Shown here one piece after another: positions 45,503 through 54,449 of a stretch of DNA of 64,000 bases (positions within the stretch are counted from its first letter, which is position 1; each line of letters opens with the position of its first letter). The DNA is from a virus (Duplodnaviria > Caudoviricetes). The position numbers and the translations under genes were made by a program. Below the pieces are notes generated by a model. That model was not told the origin of the DNA. It ran no database searches and saw nothing but the letters and a program-made list of their open reading frames with translations. The DNA is taken from the IMG/VR virus record IMGVR_UViG_3300044709_000179, positions 1-64,000 of that record. One strand, given 5' to 3'.

Positions 45503-46372
45503 TCACAGCCAAGCGTCCCTGAACTTGACTGTGAGCGAAGCGGCCGGGTCGTAGGCGCCGGCCGAGGCGAACAGGATGTGGTTGGCGCCCGGGTTGAGCG
45601 GGAACCACTGCCGGATTCGCAGTCGGTCGCCGCGCGGAACGCCGGACAGCGTGACCGACTGGGCTGCGGTATCGACGGTCAGGGTCTGCCCAGCCTCGAC
45701 CGTGAAGGTCGGGTCGAAGAGCAACTGCTGGCCGGTGTCCTGGTTGACGATTGCCGGACCCGTGATCGGTCCGGTGATGTCGAACGTCGGCCACGTGGCG
45801 GCCTTCCCGGCGTTGGTGGCGGTCGCCTGCGAGGTCGAGGTGGCCGAGCCGAATGACAGGGGGAACGTCAGCGGGAACGACAATCCGCCGGTCGCCCCTG
45901 ATGGCAGCCCGATCGTCGTCGAATGCTCGGTCACCGAGTAGCGGCGCGGATCTGTGGCCACCCACTGGGCCACGAGGTGCTCATCGCCGACCGACCAAGC
46001 GTGACCGGTGGGGACACTGGCGCGTTCTAGCCGGGCCCACACCAACTCCGGGGCGGCGGTACCGAACCAGGCGACCAAGGCCTCCTCAACGGGATCCTCG
46101 GCCACCGCGGTCGCCGCAAGCATGGCCGTCAACGTGGTCCCGCCGTCCGGGTCGAGCACCGACAGGTCGGCTTCGATGACGCGCTCACCGATCCGTTTCC
46201 GGCCGGGCATGCTGCCGTGCCGGTTGGGCCGGGGCGCGTTCTCGCCGCGCATCGCTGGCCGGTCCAACCACCCGTCGAAGTTTTCGACGTTGACGTTGGT
46301 CCCGGGCTGCCCCCACAGCACGCCGCGCCATTCGAGCTGATACGGGGCGGTGATGAGGTCGCCTGCCGCCAT
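45503..46372 (-). CDS. Distal tail protein (Dit)
   Basis: After TMP; DPRRY, FPL.FPL.F, N.G....P, L.PG.N. Confidence 0.8.
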   Translation of the reverse strand: MAAGDLITAPYQLEWRGVLWGQPGTNVNVENFDGWLDRPAMRGENAPRPNRHGSMPGRKRIGERVIEADLSVLDPDGGTTLTAMLAATAVAEDPVEEALVAWFGTAAPELVWARLERASVPTGHAWSVGDEHLVAQWVATDPRRYSVTEHSTTIGLPSGATGGLSFPLTFPLSFGSATSTSQATATNAGKAATWPTFDITGPITGPAIVNQDTGQQLLFDPTFTVEAGQTLTVDTAAQSVTLSGVPRGDRLRIRQWFPLNPGANHILFASAGAYDPAASLTVKFRDAWL

Positions 46373-46373
46373 G

Positions 46374-49300
46374 TCAGCCCCGCCCTCGTGACAGCCAGTC
46401 GAGTTCGCGGGCCACGTCGTAGGGGTCGTCGCTGCGGGCGTAGAAGTTGTCGATGGCGACGACCGCGCGCGGCTGCGGTGTCGCTAGGGCCGCTTCCTGC
46501 TCGCGGGTGCGGACCGTCTCGTTGCCCCTGGTGCCGTTGTATGCCAGCGTCAGACCGGGGCGAAGCACGCCGCCGCCGTCGTAGGTGCCGACGTGCAGCG
46601 GCAGGCGCGTGGTTGGCACGCCGAGGTGCTGGGCTAGACCGACCTGTCCGCCGCTGGCCATGGCGATGTGGATGTGGTTGCGGTGGGCCTGCATCAACCC
46701 CTCGTTGAATGAGCCCCGGTCGCGGCCACGGGTGTAGGCGTAGTCGCGCTTGCTGGTGCGGTGGATGAGTTCCAGCGGCCGACGCTCGGCGAGGAAGGTG
46801 GCGAGGGCGTCCTGTTCGTAGCCCATCCAGTCGACCGAACGTCCGGAGCCGTGCCACAAGGGATCGCCAGCCCTGTATGCGTTGCCGAACGAGCCCGAAA
46901 GCGGCCCTGTGGAACGGATCAGCGCGACGATCGACCGCCACACCCCACTGTCGCCACGTGATGCGGCTGGCGAGGACGGCCACGGCGGGAAGCCGGGCCC
47001 CGGGCCGAAGTTCGGGTTGACTCCGATGCCCTGCGGCCGGGTCGCGGCTTTCCATGCGTCCCACAGGCTGTCGACGGAAACGGGAAACACGACGTTGGAG
47101 GGGATCTCGACCGGCCACGTGCTCGACACCGCGCCGCCTTTAGCGAACCCGGGCAGCACGCCCTTGAGTCCGCCACCCAGGATCGTCTTGCGTAGGGCGT
47201 AGATGTTGCCGTGCCCACCGGCGGCCTTGACCTCGGCCGCGGTGAGGATGTGCTCGTCGTTGGACAGCCGGTAGCGGGTGCCGGTCTCCGGCAGGTAGGC
47301 GGGAACGTCATCCGAGGTGCCGGTGCCGGGGCCGAAGACTGGGCCACCGTCCGCCTTGAAGCGCGCACTCTGTCCCGTCTGACCGTTGACGGAACCCTTC
47401 AGAAAGTCGATCTCCGACTTGATCTGATCTTTCGTCCATGGCGGCTTCATCGCCAGGCCGACCTGCACGGCGTGCGCCTCGATGAGGTCGTCGATCGCCT
47501 TGTCGAGACCAGGGGTGGACACGTCGGTGGTGACCTTCGGTGGAATGTCCCCGTACTTCTTGGCGAGATCCTTCACGGCGGCCGTCTGCCGCTGGGTGGG
47601 ATCGATGCCGTTCATGATGGACTTGACCGTCTTGTCGTGCGTGTCGCGGGCCTTGTCCTCCGACACCCCGTTGGCCACGTCCTGCACGTACTTGTCGCGG
47701 GCGGCCAGCAACGCCGCTTCGAGGGCGTCGCGGTTGCGCAGGACCTCCTCGGTGTTGCCGCGCTGCTTGCCCTTGTTGAGGTCGAAGCCGGCCGAAGATG
47801 TAGCGAGTTGTTTGGTGAGGTCGGACTGTGTGCGGGCCAACTTCTCGTCGACTTCGACCTGGTCGATGGCAGTGCCGTACATCTGCTCGACGGCTTGGTT
47901 GAGCAGCCGGACCTTGTCGCGGGCGTCGATGGACGACTTGGCAATGTTGCCGAAGGCGAGGGCCAGATTGTCGAAGACTGGTCCGGAGTTGGAGGCCGAA
48001 TCGCCGATGCCGGACAGGATGTCGGCAAACAGGGACGTCTTGTCGGCCGCGTCGAGGTTGGCGTCGGCGACCCGCCCCGACATAAGGGCCAGCACTTCGG
48101 CCTTGGATGCCGCGTCGGCCTCGAAGCCGGCCAGCCGCTCGATGCCGCTGCGGTAGGCGTCTACTGAGTCGCCAGCGCCATTCAGCGCCGTCTTGACGGC
48201 ATCGAGCGCGCCCACCGAATCTTCGCCGGCCTCCGCCAGCGCGCGGGTCAGGTCGGCGGACTCAGCCATGGCCGAGTTCTGGCCCTCGAACGCCTTCGCC
48301 ATCTCGCGGAGTTGCTTGATCCGGTCGGCATGGGCCTGGGCTTCGCGCTTGTCGTCGGAAGAGTTGGCGAGGGCCTGTCGCTGCTGGATCTTCTCGGCTT
48401 CGATCTGCTTGTTGATCGCGGCGACCACCTGGCCGCGTGCCTCTCGGTCGCCGTTAAGCCCCTTCACCAGGGTCTGAGACTGCACGCCGGCCGCCTCGGT
48501 GGTCCGCACCAGATCCCGCAGGGCGGCGTTCTGAGCGAGCGCCTGCCGCGCCTGCTCGGCGGCGGCCGGTCCGGTGCCGTCCTTCAACGTCTGAGCATAG
48601 GAGGCGGCGGCGGCACGGAGCGCCTCGATCCGGCTACGAGCCTCCTCGTTGGCGGCGACGAAGGCCCCGATGATGCCCAGGGCGATGGTGAAGCCGGCGA
48701 GGAACGGGCCGCCGATGAACGAGGACACCGAGGCGACGCCGGTCCGGAACGCGGACGCCGAGGTGGTCGCGGTCGCGGTGGCGGTGGAGAAGCCGAGCAT
48801 CCGCGCGCCACCGGCCAGCAGTCCGCTGTTGAGCAACGTCTGCGCGCCGCTGGTGAGCAGCGCCGCCGTCTTGTAGGCGGTGATGGCGAACGCCAGCGCG
48901 GTGATGACCGGGACCGGGATGGCGTTGATGATGGAGGCGAGCAGCTTCAGTTCGGTGGCGACGACGGACCCGACCGGCGCGTACGCCTCGACGACGTGAA
49001 GCCCCGCGCGCGCCAGTTCGCCGATGGTTGCGACGACGTGGGGGCCTTCGGCGAGGACGAACCGCACGAAGCGCTGGAAGCCTTGGTTCTGGTCGAGGGT
49101 GCGGGACCAGTCGGCGAACCGCTCGCTGATGGTGAGGATGCCCCCGCCGACCTGCCGCTCAACCGGGATGAACTGCTGGACGATCCGCGCGAGGCCTTCG
49201 GCGACGTTGAGCGACGTGCGGAACATCAACTCAAGGTTGGGGTTGGCCTCCGAGGCGATGAAGCCGAAGAAGCCACGCCAGAACGGGTTGGTGAGTGTCT

Positions 49301-50939
49301 TCGCGGCACGGACCTCAAGCTCGCCGAGCTTCGCGGAGATGCCGCCAACAGACCGGTCGAGGCTGCCGAAGTAGGGGAGCAGAGTCGTGATGGCCTCTTG
49401 TGCGCCGGGCAAGATGCCGCCCTCGGCACTCGCCTTCAGGTCGTCCACGTTGGACTTCAGGCCGAACAGGAACCGGGCGAAACGCTGCCCGCTCGGCGAC
49501 AGTCGGTCCATCGCGTCGGCGAGCCCGTCCATGGCCGCGCCACCGGTCGCCCCGGCAGCGACCGCAGCGGCACCGATCCCACGCTGCGCGGTGACGACCG
49601 CCTGGCTGGCCTGCTGAATCTGGAACGCAGCCTGCCGCGCAGCGGTCGCCTGCTGAGTTTGCGCGTCCTTCACGGCCTGCGTGGCGTCGGCGACCCGTTG
49701 CTGGGCCGCGCGCACCGCGTCGGAGCCCTCGACGCCGGTCTTGTCGTTGCGGGCCTTCTCGTCGGCCAGCCGCTTCCCGGCGATCCGCAGGTTTTCGAGG
49801 CGTAGTTCGGCCTGCTCGGCGGCGATCTTGTCGACCTCGGTGCCGGACGCGGCGCGCTTGCGGGCGTCGGCCAAGTCGAGGACGGCCTGCCGCTGGTCGA
49901 TGGCGTTGCCTTTGGCCTGCTGGGCGAGATCCTGCTGGCTGCGGGCCTCCTGTTCGCGGACATCGGCCAGATCCCGCTCGGCCTGCTTCTCGGCGCGGCG
50001 GGCGTCGGCGACCTGTCGGGAGGCGCGCAGCAACGCGTCGGAGGCGTTGGCGCGGGTGTTCGCCAGAGACGCTTCGGCGGAGCGGACCTGGTCAGCGCCA
50101 CCGGCGAGCGACTTCTGTTGGCTGGCCAGCGTTGAGCCGGTCTTGGCCGCGTCCTGCTGGGCGGTGTCGAGCGCCTTGACGGCGTCGGCCACGCCATGGA
50201 ACGCGAGCGCGGCCACGCCGCCACCGGCCAGCGCCGACGTTGCCGCCGACCCGATGGCCAGGATGGCGCCCGCCGCGGCGATCGCGCCGGGGATGATGGC
50301 CGGACCGATCGCGAAGCCCGCCGCGACCAGAAGGTTGACTTCTTGCGCGGCCTGGCGGGCGTTGGTGCCCACCCGGATCTGCGGGTTAAGGTGGCCCACC
50401 TGCTGGGCCTGCGCGGTAATGGCGGCGAGTTGGGCGGAGGCGGTGCCGAGGTCGGTGCGGACCTGGATGGAGGGCGAGCGCCGGCCGAGTTCGGCGAGCT
50501 CCAGTTGGATGCGCCGCAGTTCGGCGAGCGCGTCGGCGTCGGAGATGTCGATGCCGATTTTCTGCGACCGCAGCGTGTCGATCGAGTTGCGAAGGTCGCG
50601 GACCTTCTGCTCGGCCTCGGTGGTGGCCGCGCCGATCTGAGGGGTCGGCAGTGCTCGCAGCGCCTTTTCGAGGCGGGCGCGGACTGCGTCGCCGAACCGG
50701 CCGCCGTACTCGGCCCCGGCGCGGGCGCCCTGGACGCCGATACCTGTGCCGTCGAGGCCATCGCGGACGGCTTTGCCGATGCGTGCGGAGATGGCCTTGC
50801 CGATACGGTCGCCGAGGTCCTCACCGGCACGGGCGGCCCCTACGCGGTTTTCGGCAGACCACTTGGCCCAGGCGTCTTTGGCCGTCTTGAGATAGACGTC
50901 GGCATGCACATCGCCGATAGAAATGCCGTCGTCGGCCAC
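46374..50939 (-). CDS. Tape measure protein with C-terminal peptidoglycan-peptidase-like domain
   Basis: 1521 aa Ala-rich; GPGTGTSD, H..GR.VD...H.NHIH. Confidence 0.9.
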   Translation of the reverse strand: MADDGISIGDVHADVYLKTAKDAWAKWSAENRVGAARAGEDLGDRIGKAISARIGKAVRDGLDGTGIGVQGARAGAEYGGRFGDAVRARLEKALRALPTPQIGAATTEAEQKVRDLRNSIDTLRSQKIGIDISDADALAELRRIQLELAELGRRSPSIQVRTDLGTASAQLAAITAQAQQVGHLNPQIRVGTNARQAAQEVNLLVAAGFAIGPAIIPGAIAAAGAILAIGSAATSALAGGGVAALAFHGVADAVKALDTAQQDAAKTGSTLASQQKSLAGGADQVRSAEASLANTRANASDALLRASRQVADARRAEKQAERDLADVREQEARSQQDLAQQAKGNAIDQRQAVLDLADARKRAASGTEVDKIAAEQAELRLENLRIAGKRLADEKARNDKTGVEGSDAVRAAQQRVADATQAVKDAQTQQATAARQAAFQIQQASQAVVTAQRGIGAAAVAAGATGGAAMDGLADAMDRLSPSGQRFARFLFGLKSNVDDLKASAEGGILPGAQEAITTLLPYFGSLDRSVGGISAKLGELEVRAAKTLTNPFWRGFFGFIASEANPNLELMFRTSLNVAEGLARIVQQFIPVERQVGGGILTISERFADWSRTLDQNQGFQRFVRFVLAEGPHVVATIGELARAGLHVVEAYAPVGSVVATELKLLASIINAIPVPVITALAFAITAYKTAALLTSGAQTLLNSGLLAGGARMLGFSTATATATTSASAFRTGVASVSSFIGGPFLAGFTIALGIIGAFVAANEEARSRIEALRAAAASYAQTLKDGTGPAAAEQARQALAQNAALRDLVRTTEAAGVQSQTLVKGLNGDREARGQVVAAINKQIEAEKIQQRQALANSSDDKREAQAHADRIKQLREMAKAFEGQNSAMAESADLTRALAEAGEDSVGALDAVKTALNGAGDSVDAYRSGIERLAGFEADAASKAEVLALMSGRVADANLDAADKTSLFADILSGIGDSASNSGPVFDNLALAFGNIAKSSIDARDKVRLLNQAVEQMYGTAIDQVEVDEKLARTQSDLTKQLATSSAGFDLNKGKQRGNTEEVLRNRDALEAALLAARDKYVQDVANGVSEDKARDTHDKTVKSIMNGIDPTQRQTAAVKDLAKKYGDIPPKVTTDVSTPGLDKAIDDLIEAHAVQVGLAMKPPWTKDQIKSEIDFLKGSVNGQTGQSARFKADGGPVFGPGTGTSDDVPAYLPETGTRYRLSNDEHILTAAEVKAAGGHGNIYALRKTILGGGLKGVLPGFAKGGAVSSTWPVEIPSNVVFPVSVDSLWDAWKAATRPQGIGVNPNFGPGPGFPPWPSSPAASRGDSGVWRSIVALIRSTGPLSGSFGNAYRAGDPLWHGSGRSVDWMGYEQDALATFLAERRPLELIHRTSKRDYAYTRGRDRGSFNEGLMQAHRNHIHIAMASGGQVGLAQHLGVPTTRLPLHVGTYDGGGVLRPGLTLAYNGTRGNETVRTREQEAALATPQPRAVVAIDNFYARSDDPYDVARELDWLSRGRG

Positions 50940-50942
50940 GCG

Positions 50943-51299
50943 CTACGCCCCTTCCGGCTGGTCGAGGTCGTAGCCGTGGAGCCGGGCGTGTTCTTCGGCG
51001 ATGGCGCGCAGTTGCGCCACAACGCGCGGGTCGCGACGGTACTTGCGCTTGAAGATGCCGGGGCGGTTGTACGGCTCTGGCACCTTCTCGTAGACCTTCA
51101 GGCCGTAGCCGAGGTGGCCGAGCCGGTCGATGATGTCGGCGAGCAGTAGATCGGTGTGGCTCCACTTCCCGTGCCCGGACCGTGGTTGGTCGATCAGATC
51201 GCGCAGCGTGTCCTCGTCGAGATCGTCGCGGACCGCCGTCTTGTACTGGCCCTCGCCGGGCAGTGCGTCAAGCAGGACATCGAGCCGCCGCCACGTCAA
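50943..51299 (-). CDS. Tail assembly chaperone, frameshifted C-terminal part
   Basis: Open -1 frame extends back to slippery site. Confidence 0.7.
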   Translation of the reverse strand: MTWRRLDVLLDALPGEGQYKTAVRDDLDEDTLRDLIDQPRSGHGKWSHTDLLLADIIDRLGHLGYGLKVYEKVPEPYNRPGIFKRKYRRDPRVVAQLRAIAEEHARLHGYDLDQPEGA

Positions 51300-51394
51300 T
51301 CGCGACGGCCCACCACGAGGGCGGAACAGGTCGCGCAGGTCGACGCCACTTGGCAGGCAGGCCAGGTCGCCTTCGATCTGGCGACAGTAGCGCT

Positions 51395-51778
51395 CTAGCT
51401 GGCCAGCGAGGTCAACCAGCTTCCCAAAGGGAAGCCGATCACGCCCTCGATCGCGGCGATGAACTCAGCGGCCTGCCGATTGGTCGGGTTGATTTTCGCC
51501 CAGGCCGCGAACTCGTCGGCCGGCATGACCTGCGACGCCCATTGGACGATGAGGCCACGCGCGAGCAGTTCGTTCGCCGCCGCTGGCCAGTCCCAGAAGT
51601 CCTTGACGAGGACCGTGATTCCGGCGAACGGCACAGGATGCAGCCGCGGCCCGCCATCCGGCAGTTCGGCCGCGACCTCGGCACGCAGGGCGTCGAGGCC
51701 GGACCGCCTGACGGTGGCGGGCCGCTTGGCCGCGAGGTCCGCAGGTGCGGACCCCGCCTTCTTGGCGCGTGGGGGCAT
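51395..51778 (-). CDS. Tail assembly chaperone
   Basis: Between major tail and TMP. Confidence 0.75.
   Translation of the reverse strand: MPPRAKKAGSAPADLAAKRPATVRRSGLDALRAEVAAELPDGGPRLHPVPFAGITVLVKDFWDWPAAANELLARGLIVQWASQVMPADEFAAWAKINPTNRQAAEFIAAIEGVIGFPLGSWLTSLAS
51422..51431 (-). other. Programmed -1 frameshift site (C CCT TTG / T TTG GGA)
   Basis: In-frame X XXY YYZ heptamers. Confidence 0.6.
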
Positions 51779-51790
51779 TCAGAGCTCCGA

Positions 51791-52369
51791 TCAGCCGAGG
51801 TAGGGGAGCGCGAAGTAGGTGTAGATGGCGTTGCCGGACGTGTCCGGGTAGGCGGACATTTCCACCGAGAACTCCAGCGTCTCGGAGTTCGCGATCTTGA
51901 TGTCACCCTGGTTGACCACTTCGACCGACGGCATGTAGTACCGGATGTGGTTGGTTCCGTCGACCATGTCGACGACGAGGGCGTAGAGCTGCCGCACGTA
52001 GGTGCCGGCCGTGACGGAGAATGCGCCGGTTGTGACCGCAGGAGTGATCGAGTTCAGGGCCTTCCTGAAGAAGACCTCCATCGTCCTGGCGTTGACCTCC
52101 CCGAACACGGCAGACACGGTGAACTTCTGGTCCGTGATCAGGGTTCGCTGCACGGCGGGACTGCCGTAGAATTTCTTTTCCGACGTGGTCGTCGCCTGCT
52201 TGATGGTGACGCCGGCCTCCGTCTGCCCCCCCATGTTCTTCCATGCTGCGGCCAATGCGGTCGTCGCGTCCGTCGGCGCGGTCGACCCGGTGGCCGCCAT
52301 CCACACCAATGCGAGACCGTCGGCCCCAGTGGCGGAGGTACCGGCGAGCAAGCCCCTGTTGTCTGCCAC
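51791..52369 (-). CDS. Major tail protein
   Basis: AP.G.TAPT...W..MG...E.GV; AYPD..GN. Confidence 0.85.
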   Translation of the reverse strand: MADNRGLLAGTSATGADGLALVWMAATGSTAPTDATTALAAAWKNMGGQTEAGVTIKQATTTSEKKFYGSPAVQRTLITDQKFTVSAVFGEVNARTMEVFFRKALNSITPAVTTGAFSVTAGTYVRQLYALVVDMVDGTNHIRYYMPSVEVVNQGDIKIANSETLEFSVEMSAYPDTSGNAIYTYFALPYLG

Positions 52370-52394
52370 GGTCGGGTGTCCTTTCTAGACGGAA

Positions 52395-52427
52395 AACAGC
52401 CCCGACCGACATCCGGTCGGGGCTGTT
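52395..52427 (-). terminator. 14-bp hairpin upstream of major tail gene (attenuator or mRNA stabiliser)
   Basis: AACAGCCCCGACCG/CGGTCGGGGCTGTT. Confidence 0.55.
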
Positions 52428-52444
52428 GAGTGGCTTGCAGGCGG

Positions 52445-52840
52445 CTAGCTGACGCCGACGTACCTGCTGATGGTCAGTTGATAGGAGGCCGACGCCCTGA
52501 ACACGTTGGTGGCGTCGTACGGGATGAGCTTCGGCGCGGACATGGTCTCCACCTTCGACACCGTCGACCCGTCGAACATGTAGCGGACCAGTCGTGTCCG
52601 CATCGCCGCCCGTATCTGCTCGGCGAAGTCCTCAGCGGTATCGGCAGCGGCTGCGTACGTGTCGATGTCGACGCGGGCGATGTCCAGCCAGTTGGCGCGG
52701 TCGGCCCCGCCGAACCGCTCGACGACATGGAACGGAAGGTCGAAGGCGAGGTTGGACGGCACTTCACGCCCGACGTTGGTGTGCCCGACGGTGGCGAGGA
52801 ACGCCTTCAGGAGCGCGTAGATGGAGGTGTAGCCGGCCAC
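52445..52840 (-). CDS. Tail terminator
   Basis: P...V.R.GG...VDID.YA. Confidence 0.75.
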   Translation of the reverse strand: MAGYTSIYALLKAFLATVGHTNVGREVPSNLAFDLPFHVVERFGGADRANWLDIARVDIDTYAAAADTAEDFAEQIRAAMRTRLVRYMFDGSTVSKVETMSAPKLIPYDATNVFRASASYQLTISRYVGVS

Positions 52841-52861
52841 CGCGCACCCCGTCTCAGTCGA

Positions 52862-53143
52862 CTACTGCGCGTCTTCGGTGTCATCGCCGTGGAGTAGGAT
52901 GCTGCCGGTCGCAGCGCGGGTGAACAGACCGGGCGGAAGATCGCCGCCGTTGTCGTACCGCTCCGCATCGCCTTGCGCCGCACCGTGGTAGGCCGCCAGC
53001 TCTTCCTCGGTCGGCTTCCGCGCGGTGCCCAGGTCGAGCATCGGTCGCGCCACCTCGTCGGGGATGTCCTCCACCTTGCCCAGCCGATCCAGGTCGGGCC
53101 CCGTGTTGTCCGCGTTGGGCGCGATGACGATGGTGACCAGCAC
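52862..53143 (-). CDS. Small virion-associated protein
   Basis: AR..L..G.AR motif; AAGGAG RBS. Confidence 0.6.
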   Translation of the reverse strand: MLVTIVIAPNADNTGPDLDRLGKVEDIPDEVARPMLDLGTARKPTEEELAAYHGAAQGDAERYDNGGDLPPGLFTRAATGSILLHGDDTEDAQ

Positions 53144-53154
53144 GGATTTCTCCT

Positions 53155-53553
53155 TCAGGCGAGGTTGACGGCGTCGAGGGCGCGGCCCAAGATGCGTTGC
53201 TTCTTGATGGTGTGGGTCCGCCCGGTCCGCTTGTCGACCCACGTCAGCCCGTATTCCAGGGCGGCCCCGTACCCGAACCCGTTCGGAAATCGCCTCGAAG
53301 GGCCCGAGCGAACACGGTTGATGACCCGCACGCTGGCGACGCCGTTACGGATGCCCGCCTCGACCTTGAAGCCGCCACCGTGGGCGCCCTTGCGGGATTC
53401 GATGCCGAACGCGTACGCGCCGCTGTCGACGGGCGCGATCTCTTCGGCGCGAATCCGGATCAACTGTCCGATGTGGTCCATGGCCGCCACTGCTCGCGGG
53501 GTCCGCAGCATGGCGAGCATTCCGGCGCGGTTCTCCCGGAACTCGGTAGGCAT
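53155..53553 (-). CDS. HK97 gp10-like neck/tail completion protein
   Basis: APVDSG.Y, Y...LEYG, ILGRA. Confidence 0.8.
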   Translation of the reverse strand: MPTEFRENRAGMLAMLRTPRAVAAMDHIGQLIRIRAEEIAPVDSGAYAFGIESRKGAHGGGFKVEAGIRNGVASVRVINRVRSGPSRRFPNGFGYGAALEYGLTWVDKRTGRTHTIKKQRILGRALDAVNLA

Positions 53554-53892
53554 TTACGCGACGAACATCGCGGTCGCGCCGGTCGTCGAGGTGAAGTTGA
53601 CGCCGATGAGGCCAGAGGAGTTGATGTAGCCCGCGAGCTGCAACCGGCCGAACGCCTTCGAGGTGTTGGCCGCAACCGTTGTTGCGGCTGGCGTTCCGGC
53701 TGCGGTTCCGGCGGGGGTGTGGCCAGGGTCGGTGAAGCTCACGTCGGTCGGGGTGTTCCCAACGGTCACGATGAAGACGCCGCCGTTGTTCACATCGTTG
53801 CCGTTGATTGTGTCGGCGGAGGCGGTGACCTGAACTCCGGTGCAGACGAGTGCAGTGGCGCCGGGGGTAACGGCAGAGAAGGCGGTAGCCAT
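53554..53892 (-). CDS. Small beta-rich virion protein
   Basis: AGGAGG RBS, Thr/Gly-rich. Confidence 0.6.
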   Translation of the reverse strand: MATAFSAVTPGATALVCTGVQVTASADTINGNDVNNGGVFIVTVGNTPTDVSFTDPGHTPAGTAAGTPAATTVAANTSKAFGRLQLAGYINSSGLIGVNFTSTTGATAMFVA

Positions 53893-53944
53893 CGAGTCCT
53901 CCTGTAGGCGTGATGTTGGGAGGCCGCATGGACGGCCTTACGTT

Positions 53945-54442
53945 TTACGGGATGAGCAGCTGGTCGCCCCAGGCGACTGCGCTGGGAAACGACCACACGG
54001 GCGCGATCTCCAGGAACCCCGAGTCCTGCGGATCCGTGCCGGTCAACGCTTCGTTGGCCAGCGCCAGTTCGTCGCGCGCCTTCTCGGCCTGCTTCAGCCG
54101 CTCTTTCGCCGTGGCGATGGCGTCTTCCCGGTTGAGGTGCGAACGCTCCGGGTAGTAGAGCTCGATGTTGCCGCAGGCGAACAGGGACGCGACCGTGTTG
54201 GCTTGCGGCCGCAGCGTCTCGTCGATGGTGCCGCATTTCAGCGTGACCCAGCCGCAGGCGTCGGCGATCAGACGGGTAACACGGGCGGCGGTCGGCCGAG
54301 TCGTGGTGGTGAACGCGTCCTGTTCGTCGTTGGCGCCCGTCGTCGGGTTCGGCACCAGCGTGCGCGCCGTCGTGTAGTCGGCTACCTCGGCCAGGGTGGG
54401 CGCCCAGTCGGGCAGGGTGGATGGCCCGGCGGGGATCGGCAT
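53945..54442 (-). CDS. Head-tail connector/adaptor
   Basis: PT...V......RT, FT..TRPT...V..LI..A. Confidence 0.65.
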   Translation of the reverse strand: MPIPAGPSTLPDWAPTLAEVADYTTARTLVPNPTTGANDEQDAFTTTTRPTAARVTRLIADACGWVTLKCGTIDETLRPQANTVASLFACGNIELYYPERSHLNREDAIATAKERLKQAEKARDELALANEALTGTDPQDSGFLEIAPVWSFPSAVAWGDQLLIP

Positions 54443-54449
54443 GCGGCAC

